Of a stretch of 64,000 bases of DNA, positions 49,508 to 59,649 are shown one piece after another. The position numbers and the translations under genes were made by a program. Positions within the stretch are counted from its first letter, which is position 1, and every line of letters starts with the position of its first letter. This DNA is from Nitrospirota bacterium (lineage in GTDB: Bacteria; Nitrospirota; Thermodesulfovibrionia; Thermodesulfovibrionales; UBA9159). Under the pieces are notes generated by a model that was not told where the DNA came from, did no database searches, and was given only the letters and a program-made list of their open reading frames with translations. The stretch covers positions 839,118 through 903,117 of the forward strand of contig CAVOUE010000003.1 of the NCBI GenBank assembly GCA_963699545.1, read 5' to 3'.

Positions 49508-50623
49508 TTACCTCTCCGGCAGGAGCTTTCCCATTTCACTGTGCCAGTACATATTGGCACCGTCATGCCAATGGGAGGAACGAGGCATTTTCGAGATGCC
49601 CTTCAGTGTGGCTCTCCGCACATATCCGCGTTTCATGATCTCCTCTCCCGCAGACCTCAAATGGTCCAGCTTCTCCAGCAGGAGCGTTCTGGATGTGGGG
49701 TTGTAATACAGTTCCATGGCCCCCGGGACCAGTACCTTCTCAATAAGGGTGATATTATCGTGTCTGGCATAGGCCTCAAAGTTCGCCACAAGGGGCTCGA
49801 ACTGCTTCAGTTCCGGGAATCCGCATATCGAAAACAGCACCATGTTCTGCCTTACCGATGTCCGGCGGGGATGCCTTGTGGACGCCCCGGTCTTCTCCAT
49901 GAAGGGATACATCCGGGGAAGTTGCCTGTCGAGATGGTTCTTCACATGTCCGGGGATGGAGTGATAATACAGGGGCAGGGCATAGAGAATAAGGTCCGCT
50001 GCCTCCAGTTTTTCTATGAGCTCCGCCTGGTCATCATTCTGGATGCACCTTCCGGGTGTCTTCGTCCAGCAGTGAAAACAGCCCAGACAGTGATTGATCT
50101 TCTTTTCATACAGGAATATCTCTTCAATTGCCGCGCCGGAGGTTCTCATGCCGTCCAGGAAGGACTGGAGGTAAAAATAGGTCAGGCCGTTTTTCTTTCT
50201 CGGATTGCCGACAAGCACGAGCACCTGCGACGGTGCTGTCCAATCCGTCGGGAAGGTTTTCGATTTTGGGGTATCCATTCTCCTCGTCAACAGGCGGGGC
50301 AGCAGACCGAGAAGGGAACGTTTCCCTTCAACGGCGTACTTCCGCGTGAGCAGCGCCCAGACAGGATTTCTTTGGCCTCCCGCAATGTCCAGCCAGATGT
50401 CCGAGGGAGTGCGGACCGTGATGGCGGGCCCCTCACTACTCCCCTCGGAGAAGTCCGCTTTTCCTTTTGAAAATCTCAAAGAAATCGGAAAGCCGTTGTC
50501 AATGTCGGTAAAGACAAACTGGTATAGTGCCTCCAGATCGGGGTGCTTTTCACCTTCAAATCTCAACGTCATGTGGTGAAACAATGACCGGATCGTCTCT
50601 TTCTTCGACGGCAGCGTTTTCAT
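49508..50623 (-). CDS. SCP2 domain fused to iron-sulfur flavoprotein/FMN reductase
   Basis: SCP2 (YQFVF..W..IAGG..NPVWA..KYAVEG), then GNPRKKNG, CLGCFHCW..C..DD, PLYY. Confidence 0.8.
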   Translation of the reverse strand: MKTLPSKKETIRSLFHHMTLRFEGEKHPDLEALYQFVFTDIDNGFPISLRFSKGKADFSEGSSEGPAITVRTPSDIWLDIAGGQRNPVWALLTRKYAVEGKRSLLGLLPRLLTRRMDTPKSKTFPTDWTAPSQVLVLVGNPRKKNGLTYFYLQSFLDGMRTSGAAIEEIFLYEKKINHCLGCFHCWTKTPGRCIQNDDQAELIEKLEAADLILYALPLYYHSIPGHVKNHLDRQLPRMYPFMEKTGASTRHPRRTSVRQNMVLFSICGFPELKQFEPLVANFEAYARHDNITLIEKVLVPGAMELYYNPTSRTLLLEKLDHLRSAGEEIMKRGYVRRATLKGISKMPRSSHWHDGANMYWHSEMGKLLPER

Positions 50624-50650
50624 TGTTTAACTCCTCCTTTTATCAGGGCA

Positions 50651-51208
50651 TCACCATAACCCTGGTTTGAAAACCATCAGGATCAAAGAAATGAGCGGAA
50701 GGACGGTTGCCGCTGCTCCGAAGAAATACCATCGATGAAGCACCCTGGCAAATTCAGAGTCCGGCCTTATGCTCTGTAGGGACTGCGAAAGCTTGATGAG
50801 CCTGTTCTGATATCTCAGTAAGAAACCGATCCACAAAATACCGGAGAGCGCTAACAGCGCGAGCGATGCAGTAATCCAGCTGGTTCTCAAGACCCCGCCC
50901 CACTGTTCTGAGAGGATATCCCCATTGGATATGAGCAGGAAGACGCCGGGAATAGTGAAGACCACGTCTGCCCAGTTAACCGCCTTTACCGTAAACTGCA
51001 TTACCGAAACATTATGTGAGCGCTCCGCCATCAACATCCATACCGCCGTCACCATGATGTTGCCAACCAGCAGAACAGCGCCGAAGGTGTGGAGAAGCTT
51101 GTGCCACGGGTAAGCCAGGAGAAGGGGATGCCGGCAAAACCCCAGCACCAGTACGATTAAGACGACAACGGTCATTTCTCCGATGAGCCATTTCGTGCTT
51201 TTATGCAT
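50651..51208 (-). CDS. DUF2269-like membrane protein
   Basis: KLLH..GAVLLVGN, ADVVFTIPG, LMVFKP. Confidence 0.75.
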   Translation of the reverse strand: MHKSTKWLIGEMTVVVLIVLVLGFCRHPLLLAYPWHKLLHTFGAVLLVGNIMVTAVWMLMAERSHNVSVMQFTVKAVNWADVVFTIPGVFLLISNGDILSEQWGGVLRTSWITASLALLALSGILWIGFLLRYQNRLIKLSQSLQSIRPDSEFARVLHRWYFFGAAATVLPLISLILMVFKPGLW

Positions 51209-51224
51209 TTCCTCTCCTCATGAA

Positions 51225-51255
51225 TAAACAGTGTGTTGTCCATAAACACCGTTCA
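51225..51255. promoter_or_regulatory. Tandem candidate TetR operators
   Basis: TAAAC-AGT-GTGTT and TAAAC-ACC-GTTCA, 18 bp apart. Confidence 0.55.
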
Positions 51256-51272
51256 GCATGATGCAAAAAAAA

Positions 51273-51891
51273 TCACACCTCTTTAGTGAGAATTTTCGTC
51301 ATGCCGAATTCGAGAGCTCCCTTGACAAGAGCGTCTAATTGCTCCTGAGGAAACATGATGCACCGGTCCCGGATGATGAGCGATGCGATGCCGTGAACAT
51401 GTGCCCACAGGGAGAAGGTCGCCACATCAATATTTGCCCTGGGGAGCACCCCTGCCTTCATGCACTCCTCCACGTTTTTCCTGAGAAAGTCGTAGGAACG
51501 AAGGCCGATGTCCCACGCCTTTTGCTCCTTTATTTTCTTTGCCGGATTCCTCATGATGAACATCAGGTCGTAGTACTCCGGTTTTTCGAGCGCAAAGGCA
51601 AGATAGATACTCACCGTGCCTGCGAAGCCGCTTCAGAGGGTTTTTCACAGTGAGTATGGCCAGCTGCCGCCTGTACAACTCCTCGAACCCCTCGCTGTGA
51701 AGCGCATAGAGGATCTCGTCTTTGTCCTTGAAATGCAGATAGATAGTAGCCGGGCTGTATTCGATCTTTTCCGCAATGCGGCGCATGGTGACTTTCCCGA
51801 AGCCCTCCCCGAGGAACAGCTTCATTGCCGTTTCGAGGATGCGACTCCGCATTCCCTGTCTCTCCCGCTCTTTTCGTTCTGCGATTCCCAT
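51273..51891 (-). CDS. TetR/AcrR regulator (WHG-type C-terminus), frameshift near 51614
   Basis: HTH TMRRIAEKIEYSPATIYLHFKDKDEI; WAHVHGIASL. Confidence 0.9.
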
Positions 51892-51896
51892 GATAA

Positions 51897-51950
51897 TGAC
51901 CAACGGTCAGTTACTGAACGTAGTTTACTCTTTCTATCGTTCTCTGTCAA
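51897..51950 (-). promoter_or_regulatory. tetR sigma70 promoter with overlapping tandem operators
   Basis: TTGACA-N17-TAAACT; palindromes TGACC-AAC-GGTCA (51897) and TGAAC-GTA-GTTTA (51915). Confidence 0.7.
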
Positions 51951-52006
51951 CTTCTTTTTTCATCCGGTCCCGACAGAGGAAGGTATTCCGAAATTCCCAC
52001 GGGCTC

Positions 52007-52060
52007 TTGACAAACAGAAAAGCCAATGGTAGAGTAACACAAAAATAAGAAAGGTAGCAC
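52007..52060 (+). promoter_or_regulatory. nikR promoter and NikR box
   Basis: TTGACA-N17-TAGAGT overlapped by GTAACAC-N13-GTAGCAC (52034-52060). Confidence 0.72.
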
Positions 52061-52061
52061 C

Positions 52062-52478
52062 ATGGGGATTGCACGATTCGGCGTATCACTTGATAATGTC
52101 CTGCTTCAGAAGTTTGACAGCCTTTTGGAGAAGAAGGGCTATGCGAACAGAAGCGAGGCTATCAGGGATCTTATCAGGGACAGCCTCGTTATGGAGGAAT
52201 GGGAATCCTCTACGTCTGAGACAGTGGGGTCCATCACGATAGTGTATTCACATGATACCAGGGAACTGACAGATACGCTTACCGACCTTCAGCATCATTA
52301 CTTTGATTCGATCGTCTCTTCAATGCACATTCATCTGGATGAGCATAACTGTCTTGAGGTCATTGTGGTGAAAGGCAAGGCAAAGGATATAAAGGCGATA
52401 GCGGACAGATTGATAGGGAAGAAAGGCGTCAAGCACGGAAAGCTTACCGTGACTACGACCGGCAAGCACCTGACGTGA
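52062..52478 (+). CDS. nikR: Nickel-responsive regulator NikR
   Basis: [43 protein letters not shown]. Confidence 0.97.
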   Translation: MGIARFGVSLDNVLLQKFDSLLEKKGYANRSEAIRDLIRDSLVMEEWESSTSETVGSITIVYSHDTRELTDTLTDLQHHYFDSIVSSMHIHLDEHNCLEVIVVKGKAKDIKAIADRLIGKKGVKHGKLTVTTTGKHLT

Positions 52479-52495
52479 TTTTTTTTGTTCTGACG

Positions 52496-52522
52496 GTAAC
52501 ACGAAATGAGAAAGAGTAGCAC
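52496..52522. promoter_or_regulatory. Second NikR box
   Basis: GTAACAC-N13-GTAGCAC, half-sites identical to 52034. Confidence 0.75.
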
Positions 52523-52534
52523 AAGAAGACCGCA

Positions 52535-53257
52535 ATGGAAGTGAGAAGGACGGTGTGCAGGCGTGCGGCAACGGTCGCTTACTGGGATGGCTATGCGCCC
52601 TGGTATAAGCTCTGGATGGAGCATACCCGTTATCACAACAGAATAGTCGAAACCCTTACCACGATGGTCGAACCGGGATGGAAAGTGCTCGATATCGGGG
52701 CAGGGAACGGAGTCCTTTCACTGCCGCTTTGCGCAATCGGATGTGAAGTAACAGCCCTTGAGCCTTCGACGGGCATGCGAAGCCTTCTCTATGAAGAGGC
52801 ATTCAAGAGAGGGATTGATTGGATTACCGTCAATGAACGGACATGGGAAGATCTTTCCTGTCTTGATTCCCGGGACAATGATCTTATCATGGCCTGCAAC
52901 AGCCTTCATCTGACGGCAGAGGGTTTTGAGCGCTCCCTGGCAAAGGCATTTAAGACCGGGGCAGAGAATGTTTTTGTTATCACAGAGCGGCTGCCGGACG
53001 TTAAGGTGCCTTGGTCACAAGGTGATTACTCAATGCTCTTTACCAAATCCTATGAAGCAGAGAGTTCATTTGCTTATCATGAGATGACAGAAGTATGGGA
53101 ACACTACACCTATAAGAAAGGCTGTGCCCTTTGTACAAATGAACAGCTTGAGATTGAGGCAAAACTGAGTTTTGAAGAGCAGCATATATATATCAGGGAT
53201 AAGGCTCTTGTTGGCATGTACTGGTGGAAGCGCCATACGGACAAGGGTATCTGTTAA
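52535..53257 (+). CDS. Class I SAM-dependent methyltransferase
   Basis: VLDIGAGNG, VTALEPS. Confidence 0.85.
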   Translation: MEVRRTVCRRAATVAYWDGYAPWYKLWMEHTRYHNRIVETLTTMVEPGWKVLDIGAGNGVLSLPLCAIGCEVTALEPSTGMRSLLYEEAFKRGIDWITVNERTWEDLSCLDSRDNDLIMACNSLHLTAEGFERSLAKAFKTGAENVFVITERLPDVKVPWSQGDYSMLFTKSYEAESSFAYHEMTEVWEHYTYKKGCALCTNEQLEIEAKLSFEEQHIYIRDKALVGMYWWKRHTDKGIC

Positions 53258-53288
53258 GGCCATCATCAATCAAGAGAGGAGATTATCA

Positions 53289-54695
53289 ATGCACATACCT
53301 GACGGTTATCTCGGACCATCAACCTACGGAGGTCTTTGGGTTGCCATGATCGCTGTATGGTCCTATGCCTCAAGGAAGGTGAAGCAGGGTTTAAAGACTT
53401 CGCAGGTGCCATTTCTCGCCATTGCATCCGCATTCAGTTTTGTTGTGATGATATTCACGGTGCCGCTGCCGGGCGGGACGACGGCGCATATAACGGGAGC
53501 GACTCTTGTTGCGATTCTCCTGGGACCGTGGGCTGCGGTTATTGCGGTTTCAGTGGCCCTTGTTATACAAGCCCTGGTCTTCGGTGATGGAGGAGTTACT
53601 GCCATAGCCGCAAACTGTTTTAATATCGCCTTTGTCGGATCATTAGTCGGCTATTCACTGTACCGGCTTGTCATGAAGGTCGGCGAAATGTTCAGCGCAG
53701 CGAAGGGGTCCGCCCCGGAAGACATGAGATCACCCGGGGCGTCGGTTCAGATCGTTGGAACAGCACTCGGAGCGTATGCCGGTATCAACGCTGCCGCGCT
53801 GTTTACCGCCGTTGAACTCGGGATACAGCCCCTGATATACGGCAGCGGTGCGAGCACCGGCTATTTCCCCTATCCATTAAAGATTGCACTCCCGGCAGTT
53901 GTGCTGCCCCATCTGACGCTCGTTGGCCTTCTTGAGGCCGGTGTTGCAGCTCTTGTTGTTGCCTTTCTCCGGAAGTCGAAGGTGCAGATGATCGGTCAGG
54001 CGAAGCTCGTAGTGTTCTTCATCGCAGCGGTGCTCCTCTTTCAGACGTCATCGGCATCAGCCCATGATTTCTGGATCGAACAGAAGGGTCAGGATTTCAT
54101 GGTAGTCTTCGGTCATGGCGCCCAAAGGGAGGAATTCGATGTCTCAAAGGTCAAGAATGTGAAGGCGGTCGATCCGCAGGGAAAGGATGTCCCATTTCAG
54201 AAGGAGAAAAGGGACAAGGGGCTGGCGCTGAAAATGAGTGGACAGCCCGCGGCCATAATAGTGGAGATCGACAACGGCTACTGGTCAAAGACGATCTATG
54301 GATGGAAGGAGCTTCCCAAGCGTAAGGCGAGCAGGGTTGTCGAAGCGATACGATCGGTGTTCTACTCAAAAACGATTCTCTCCTGGAGCGATACAGTGCA
54401 AAAGGCATCAGGCGGGGCGAGGCTCGACATCATCCCGATGAAGAACCCCTTTGACATGAAAGCAGGTGAATCCGTGCTGCTGAAAGTTTTCCTGAGTGAA
54501 AAACCATTGTCCGGAGCCGAAGTCATCGGGAGCGAGCATGCAAAGCTCGGGACAACTGACAAGGACGGCATGGTCAAGGTTCCCCTGACCAGGGGGTTCA
54601 ACCTCGTGACCGTCGAGCACAAGGAGCGCATTAAGGACGACCCGGACGCCGATGCGCTCAGCCTGGCGGCAACTCTTACCTTTGAGGTGAAGTGA
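53289..54695 (+). CDS. cbiM: ECF nickel/cobalt S component NikM/CbiM fused to a DUF4198-like periplasmic domain
   Basis: True start MHIPDG at 53289; GGTTAH, QALVFGDGG; continues in frame through a signal-like segment to AHDFWIE..FGHG..LDIIPMKNP..TDKDG. Confidence 0.85.
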   Translation: MHIPDGYLGPSTYGGLWVAMIAVWSYASRKVKQGLKTSQVPFLAIASAFSFVVMIFTVPLPGGTTAHITGATLVAILLGPWAAVIAVSVALVIQALVFGDGGVTAIAANCFNIAFVGSLVGYSLYRLVMKVGEMFSAAKGSAPEDMRSPGASVQIVGTALGAYAGINAAALFTAVELGIQPLIYGSGASTGYFPYPLKIALPAVVLPHLTLVGLLEAGVAALVVAFLRKSKVQMIGQAKLVVFFIAAVLLFQTSSASAHDFWIEQKGQDFMVVFGHGAQREEFDVSKVKNVKAVDPQGKDVPFQKEKRDKGLALKMSGQPAAIIVEIDNGYWSKTIYGWKELPKRKASRVVEAIRSVFYSKTILSWSDTVQKASGGARLDIIPMKNPFDMKAGESVLLKVFLSEKPLSGAEVIGSEHAKLGTTDKDGMVKVPLTRGFNLVTVEHKERIKDDPDADALSLAATLTFEVK

Positions 54696-55159
54696 TGAAG
54701 ATGAAAGTGGAAATATTTCTCATAATGTCCATGGTGATACTGTCTGCCGCCTCCACTCTCCAAGCCCATACTGTGAACTATGATGTTCAGCAAAAGGGAA
54801 TTGCCGTGAGGATCTTCTATGCGGCCGATGATCCGGCAAGCTATTCCGAGTATGAAGTTTTTGCGCCAGGGGTTGAACTCCCCCACCAGATCGGCAGAAC
54901 AGACAAGAACGGGTTCGTTGCCTTTGTGCCCGACCGGCAGGGACTCTGGAAGGTAAAAGTCACCGGCGAATCAGCTCATGGATATCATGGGGTCACCGTT
55001 GAGGTCAAGGTCGATAAGGATATGAACCTTGAATCTTTCAAGAAGCCCCTGGCCGCAACGTACACAAAGCTCGTGATCGGTATCAGTCTCATCATAGGAT
55101 TCTTCGGTATCTACTCTCTGATCATATCAAGGAAACGCAAGAAAGACGAGGCAGTGTAA
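54692..55159 (+). CDS. NikL-like accessory membrane-anchored protein
   Basis: Signal peptide ending LQA-H, GRTDKNG..F, GLWKV, HGYH, C-terminal TM. Confidence 0.65.
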   Translation: MMKMKVEIFLIMSMVILSAASTLQAHTVNYDVQQKGIAVRIFYAADDPASYSEYEVFAPGVELPHQIGRTDKNGFVAFVPDRQGLWKVKVTGESAHGYHGVTVEVKVDKDMNLESFKKPLAATYTKLVIGISLIIGFFGIYSLIISRKRKKDEAV

Positions 55160-55190
55160 CGCTCCTCAATAAAACCATAAGGAGGTAATC

Positions 55191-56175
55191 ATGAACAAGT
55201 TTGGAAGACTGCTGTTTGTTGTCATTGCCTTGCTCATCCCCTGCACCGCCCTTGCTCACCACGGAGCTGTCAGTCTTGCCCTCGGACCCGGGAGTCCCAT
55301 AGAGACCGCTTCGCCGCTCACTCTGCCGGAAGGCGGGCTGGCCGTCTCCACTAAGCTCGAGTATGCGCCCTTCAGGAAGTTCGAATTTGCAGAGCCCGAA
55401 AACAAGGATTCTTTTACCTTCCTTAATCTCAGTCTCACGTATGGCATCAAACCCTATTTAACAGCCGGTCTCGTTGTCCCCTACTCTGTTAAGAAACAGG
55501 ATACCCTCGGCACGAACAGGGGTCTTGGAGATATCGGGTTAAACGCCATGCTGGGTTTTAACTACGAACAGGGCAAAGGGTTCAGTTTGAATACAGCGGA
55601 AGACACGGCCGTATCCCTTGACAGCATAAGGAAGATATATCTTTCTCTTAACGGAAGCGTCACCTTTCCTACGGGAAAGAGCCACATGGAGCTCGGAGGA
55701 GAGATTGCCAGGGACATGCAGCCGGGGTTCAGGAGTCCGTCTTTTACTCTTGGGATTGCGGCGCAAAAGCAAATGACAAAGGACTTCGGTTTAGTGGCGG
55801 AGAACATCCTATCAGGTATTCACCGAGAGCGGTAACTACAAGTTCGGCAGCGAGTGGAGGCTCAATGTGGCCGGGGTCTACGAGCTTTACGGCAAGGCGG
55901 GCGCTTTTCTTCAGACCATAGATGGGATATTGGAGTTCAACGTGTTGAATCTCGCCAGGGATCAGGAAAACGGCGAGAAGTTGACAGCGAGCGGAGGGAC
56001 TATCCTGTACCTGTCGCCGGGCATGAGGTTCTCTTTCCCGAGTATCCAGAATGCAAACCTCGGGGTCCTGGTAAAGATCCCGGTCATCAAGAGTCTGAAC
56101 GAAAAGAGCGAACAGCAGGGCTCGGAGGGACTTGAAAAATACCGGGCTATTGTGACACTCTCGTTCTTTTTCTAA
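55191..56175 (+). CDS. Putative outer-membrane beta-barrel transporter, frameshift near 55805
   Basis: Signal peptide ALA-HH, GLGDI, FPTGK, GGTILYLSPG, terminal Phe. Confidence 0.7.
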
Positions 56176-56185
56176 TGTATCGGTA

Positions 56186-57112
56186 ATGAAAGAGAGAATC
56201 CCATCATTCCTGATCGAAGGGCTTGCACCCGCGCCGGACAGGACACCTTCGGGGCGGGTCAGGACTTCTTTTATCGGTAAAGGGTTGGAGTATGCCGCAT
56301 CCATCCTACGGGCAGGCTTCATCCAATGGGAGACGGCTTCGCGGAGGGGGTTCTTTCAGGGCATCGATGCACGGGTCAAGGTCCTTTTCCTCATGTCCTT
56401 CATCGTTCTTGTCAGTGTGAATAAGACGATCTTATCCGAGGTGGCCATAGGGCTCTTCCTTCTTGGGCTTGCCATTGCCTCCAGGGTGAATCTCGTTGAA
56501 CACTATCGGAAGATAATCCTGCTGACCTTTGTTTTTGGTCTCTTGCTGGCATTGCCTTCTGCATGTAATATTATCACGCCGGGCGAGGTCATGCTCCCTG
56601 TTGTGCATCTTGAGAAAAGCCGCACTTTTGGGGGTTTCACTGTCCCTCAGGAGGTGGGCGTTACTAATGAGGGCCTTCGGAGGGTTGCCATGCTCTCCCT
56701 GCGGGTCATGAATTCCCTGTCGGTATCTCTCCTTGTCTTTGCGACGACCCCTTTTGTGGAGTTCATCAAGGCACTCAAGATCTTCAGGGTGCCCGATATC
56801 TTTCTTATGACAATCACACTCTCCTACAAATACATCTTCATCTTTGTGACGACCGTCCATGAAATGCACATGGCAAAGAAGAGCAGACTTGCCGGCCCGG
56901 AGAGAGACAGAGAGGCGCGGCGATGGATAGCGGGGAGGATCGCTTTTATATATTATAAGAGTCAGCAGCGGTGTGAAGAGGTCTTCAGGGCGATGACCGC
57001 GCGGGGCCTTTCCGACTCGATCAAATTTCATCACGTGCGGCCGCTGACCCGGAAAGACTGGCTTACCGGGGCGGGTCTTTTTGTGTCGCTGTTACTCCTG
57101 TATGGGATATAG
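56186..57112 (+). CDS. cbiQ: ECF transporter T component
   Basis: IDARVK, FRVP..YKYI, AKKSR, AMTARG. Confidence 0.88.
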   Translation: MKERIPSFLIEGLAPAPDRTPSGRVRTSFIGKGLEYAASILRAGFIQWETASRRGFFQGIDARVKVLFLMSFIVLVSVNKTILSEVAIGLFLLGLAIASRVNLVEHYRKIILLTFVFGLLLALPSACNIITPGEVMLPVVHLEKSRTFGGFTVPQEVGVTNEGLRRVAMLSLRVMNSLSVSLLVFATTPFVEFIKALKIFRVPDIFLMTITLSYKYIFIFVTTVHEMHMAKKSRLAGPERDREARRWIAGRIAFIYYKSQQRCEEVFRAMTARGLSDSIKFHHVRPLTRKDWLTGAGLFVSLLLLYGI

Positions 57113-57115
57113 ACC

Positions 57116-57937
57116 ATGAGCGATCTCATTAGAACAGACCATGTGAGCTACCGCTATCACGGCAGGGTTCCCGCGCTTGATGATGTGAGTCTTTCGATCA
57201 GGGCGGGAGAGCTGTTCGCCGTGATCGGCTCGAACGGCAGCGGCAAATCAACACTGTTGCAGATCATGAGCGGAGTGATCCACCCTTCAGAGGGAAACGT
57301 CTACTTCGCGGAGAAGGAAGTGTCTGAGCAGGCGTTGCGCGACAGAAGTTTTCTCAGGTTCTTCAGGGAGCGGGTGGGATATGTCTTCCAGGACTCGGAC
57401 GTGCAGCTCTTTTGTCCGACAGTCCTTGACGAGCTCTTGTATGGACCCGCCCAACTGGACATCTCCGAGAAAGAGGCCCTTGCGAGGGCAGAGGAAGTTA
57501 TGGAGATGCTCCAGATCGCTCAGCTCAGAGATCGTCCGTCCTATATGCTTTCTGGAGGAGAAAAGAAACGGGTCGCTATCGGCTCCGTTCTTACCATGAA
57601 TCCCGATGTAATGCTCTTCGATGAGCCGACGAACGGCCTCGACCCGAGAACCGAGTGCTTCCTTGTCGAACTGATCCTCGCGCTCAATAATGCAGGGAAG
57701 ACGATCGTCATTGCCACCCATGACCTGTCGCTGGTCGATGAGCTGCATGCGCGGGTCGCCGTGCTTTCGGAGGACCACCGCATCGCGGCAACGGGTGACG
57801 CCTGTGACATCCTCAGAGATAACCGGCTGCTTCTGGAGGTAAACCTGATCCATGAGCACGTTCATCTTCACGGTCCTTCCTCCCACAGCCACATTCACTC
57901 TCACTACCTCTTTCATCGGCACAAGAATGACGATTGA
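57116..57937 (+). CDS. cbiO: ECF transporter ATPase with His-rich tail
   Basis: GSNGSGKST, VFQDSDVQLF, LSGGEKKR, DEPT, HEHVHLH...HSHIHSH. Confidence 0.9.
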   Translation: MSDLIRTDHVSYRYHGRVPALDDVSLSIRAGELFAVIGSNGSGKSTLLQIMSGVIHPSEGNVYFAEKEVSEQALRDRSFLRFFRERVGYVFQDSDVQLFCPTVLDELLYGPAQLDISEKEALARAEEVMEMLQIAQLRDRPSYMLSGGEKKRVAIGSVLTMNPDVMLFDEPTNGLDPRTECFLVELILALNNAGKTIVIATHDLSLVDELHARVAVLSEDHRIAATGDACDILRDNRLLLEVNLIHEHVHLHGPSSHSHIHSHYLFHRHKNDD

Positions 57938-58076
57938 TCAGGCTGGGGTCATTCGTGAAGGGGGATGCCTCAGAAGTGATTCTGTCGGATAAATGGCGGC
58001 GTGAGGAGAACATCTGCGACGGCTGTGCGGGATAGTTGGATTTACTTCTTATCTCAATCCATCCGGGGATGAGCTA

Positions 58077-58919
58077 TCAGTAATAATGCGACAGAAGATG
58101 TCTTAATGAAGAAAGGAAAGTGACGATCCCTAGTATAGTGACGATAACTGCGCTTGCGAACGCCATTCTTGTTGCGATCTGGTCTGAATTCAGAAACCTT
58201 TTAGTGAGCCTGAAACCGTTCACGACGATAAGTCCTAAACTCACCAGTGCAAATGCCAGACCCAAGCTAAATAAAATCACGAGGGACAACCCTTTCGCTA
58301 TGTTGCCTGAAGCGGCCGCGGCAAGCAGGATCGCGAGAGCGGCAGGGCATGGGATTATGCCTCCCGATATGCCAAGGAGTATTAAACCTGTAAAGCCAAG
58401 GGCTCTCACACCGCAATCGTGAGGATGAGGGTGGTGATGAGAATGAAGGGCACTTCCCTCAAGATGGTGGTCGCGGCGGTGGACATCAGCATCACCATGA
58501 TTGTGTTCGTCATTGCGATGATGCGTGTGCTCTCCATGAGGATGGGAATGAAGGTCTTCGCGAGGCGGTCTTTTCTTTATCAGGATCCATCTTGATTTAA
58601 GCATCCAAATGCCAAGGATCAGTATTATCAGGCTTGCGACAGCTCCCAGATAGATGTGAAGCATCTGCTCAGAGAAATATACGGAGGTCAGTTTCGCGAT
58701 AATGCCAAGCGAAAGTATACTGAATGTGTGGGCAAAGGTGACAGTCAGGCCAAGAATTATGGCATCCCAGTTGCGGCATTTTGTCCCTACGAGGTATGCT
58801 GCAACTACCGTTTTTCCGTGTCCGGGTTCAAGCGAATGTATTGCTCCGAGAAGGAACGCCGCCGCATAAATGCTGACAAAACCGAGATTGTCTAAATTCA
58901 AGAAACTTACCGAAGGCAT
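58077..58919 (-). CDS. rcnA: Nickel/cobalt efflux protein RcnA family
   Basis: GAIHSLEPGHGKT, AHT, His-rich loop, GIIPCPAAL. Confidence 0.88.
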   Translation of the reverse strand: MPSVSFLNLDNLGFVSIYAAAFLLGAIHSLEPGHGKTVVAAYLVGTKCRNWDAIILGLTVTFAHTFSILSLGIIAKLTSVYFSEQMLHIYLGAVASLIILILGIWMLKSRWILIKKRPPREDLHSHPHGEHTHHRNDEHNHGDADVHRRDHHLEGSALHSHHHPHPHDCGVRALGFTGLILLGISGGIIPCPAALAILLAAAASGNIAKGLSLVILFSLGLAFALVSLGLIVVNGFRLTKRFLNSDQIATRMAFASAVIVTILGIVTFLSSLRHLLSHYY

Positions 58920-59038
58920 AGCCTTAAGAAATCTCTCCTCTCATTAGCTTACATCTTGCTGAAATGGGTTTCATGGCTCAGTGCACCAGTGTATCAAAAC
59001 GGGATTACCCTCCATTATAACAAATCACCGTCACGTAC

Positions 59039-59639
59039 TCAGTTTCCTGTTTCTGTCTTGCAGCTCAAATGTATGAAGAAGAGCGGAATGGCGGAAAGGA
59101 TGAGGATTGCCCCCTGTCCGACAATGAGGGCGTTCACTCCTGCAATGGTGATGAGATAGAACGATGTGACAAGGGTGCCGATAATGCTTCCGAAGGTCGA
59201 GAGGGCATAGAGCGTTCCGATGGTTTTCCCCGAGGTGTGGAGACTGCAGATCATCAATTTCGCTGTATAAGGACTCACGATTCCGAGAAAAACGGAAGGT
59301 ATCAGAAAGAGAATTGCAGAAGCCAGCAGGGGGCTTGACCGTACCCCGAGGTCTTTCATGAATATCCAGTCTGATATGGGTGCGCTGTATAGAGGAAAGG
59401 CAACGAAGAGAATACCGGGAATGATGAGCATGAAGCCGAGCTTCCCTGAGGAAGGGTTCATGTCGGCGAGTTTGCCCCCCAGATAGTATCCCGCGGAAAG
59501 ACCTGCAAGGAAGACGCTAATAAGGCTGCCCCACACAAAGACGGAACTGCCGAAGTTAGGAGCAAGCACCCTGCTCCCGAGGGTACTCGAATGACATCAC
59601 CACTGCGCCGCAGATGAAGACGATGGATTTTATGAGCAC
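59039..59639 (-). CDS. Membrane partner of spermidine-synthase-like protein, frameshift near 59585
   Basis: GTG start with AAGGAGG RBS; GAVVMSFE..GSRVLAPNFGSSVFVW, GTLYALSTFGSIIGT. Confidence 0.8.
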
Positions 59640-59649
59640 AATTGCCTCC

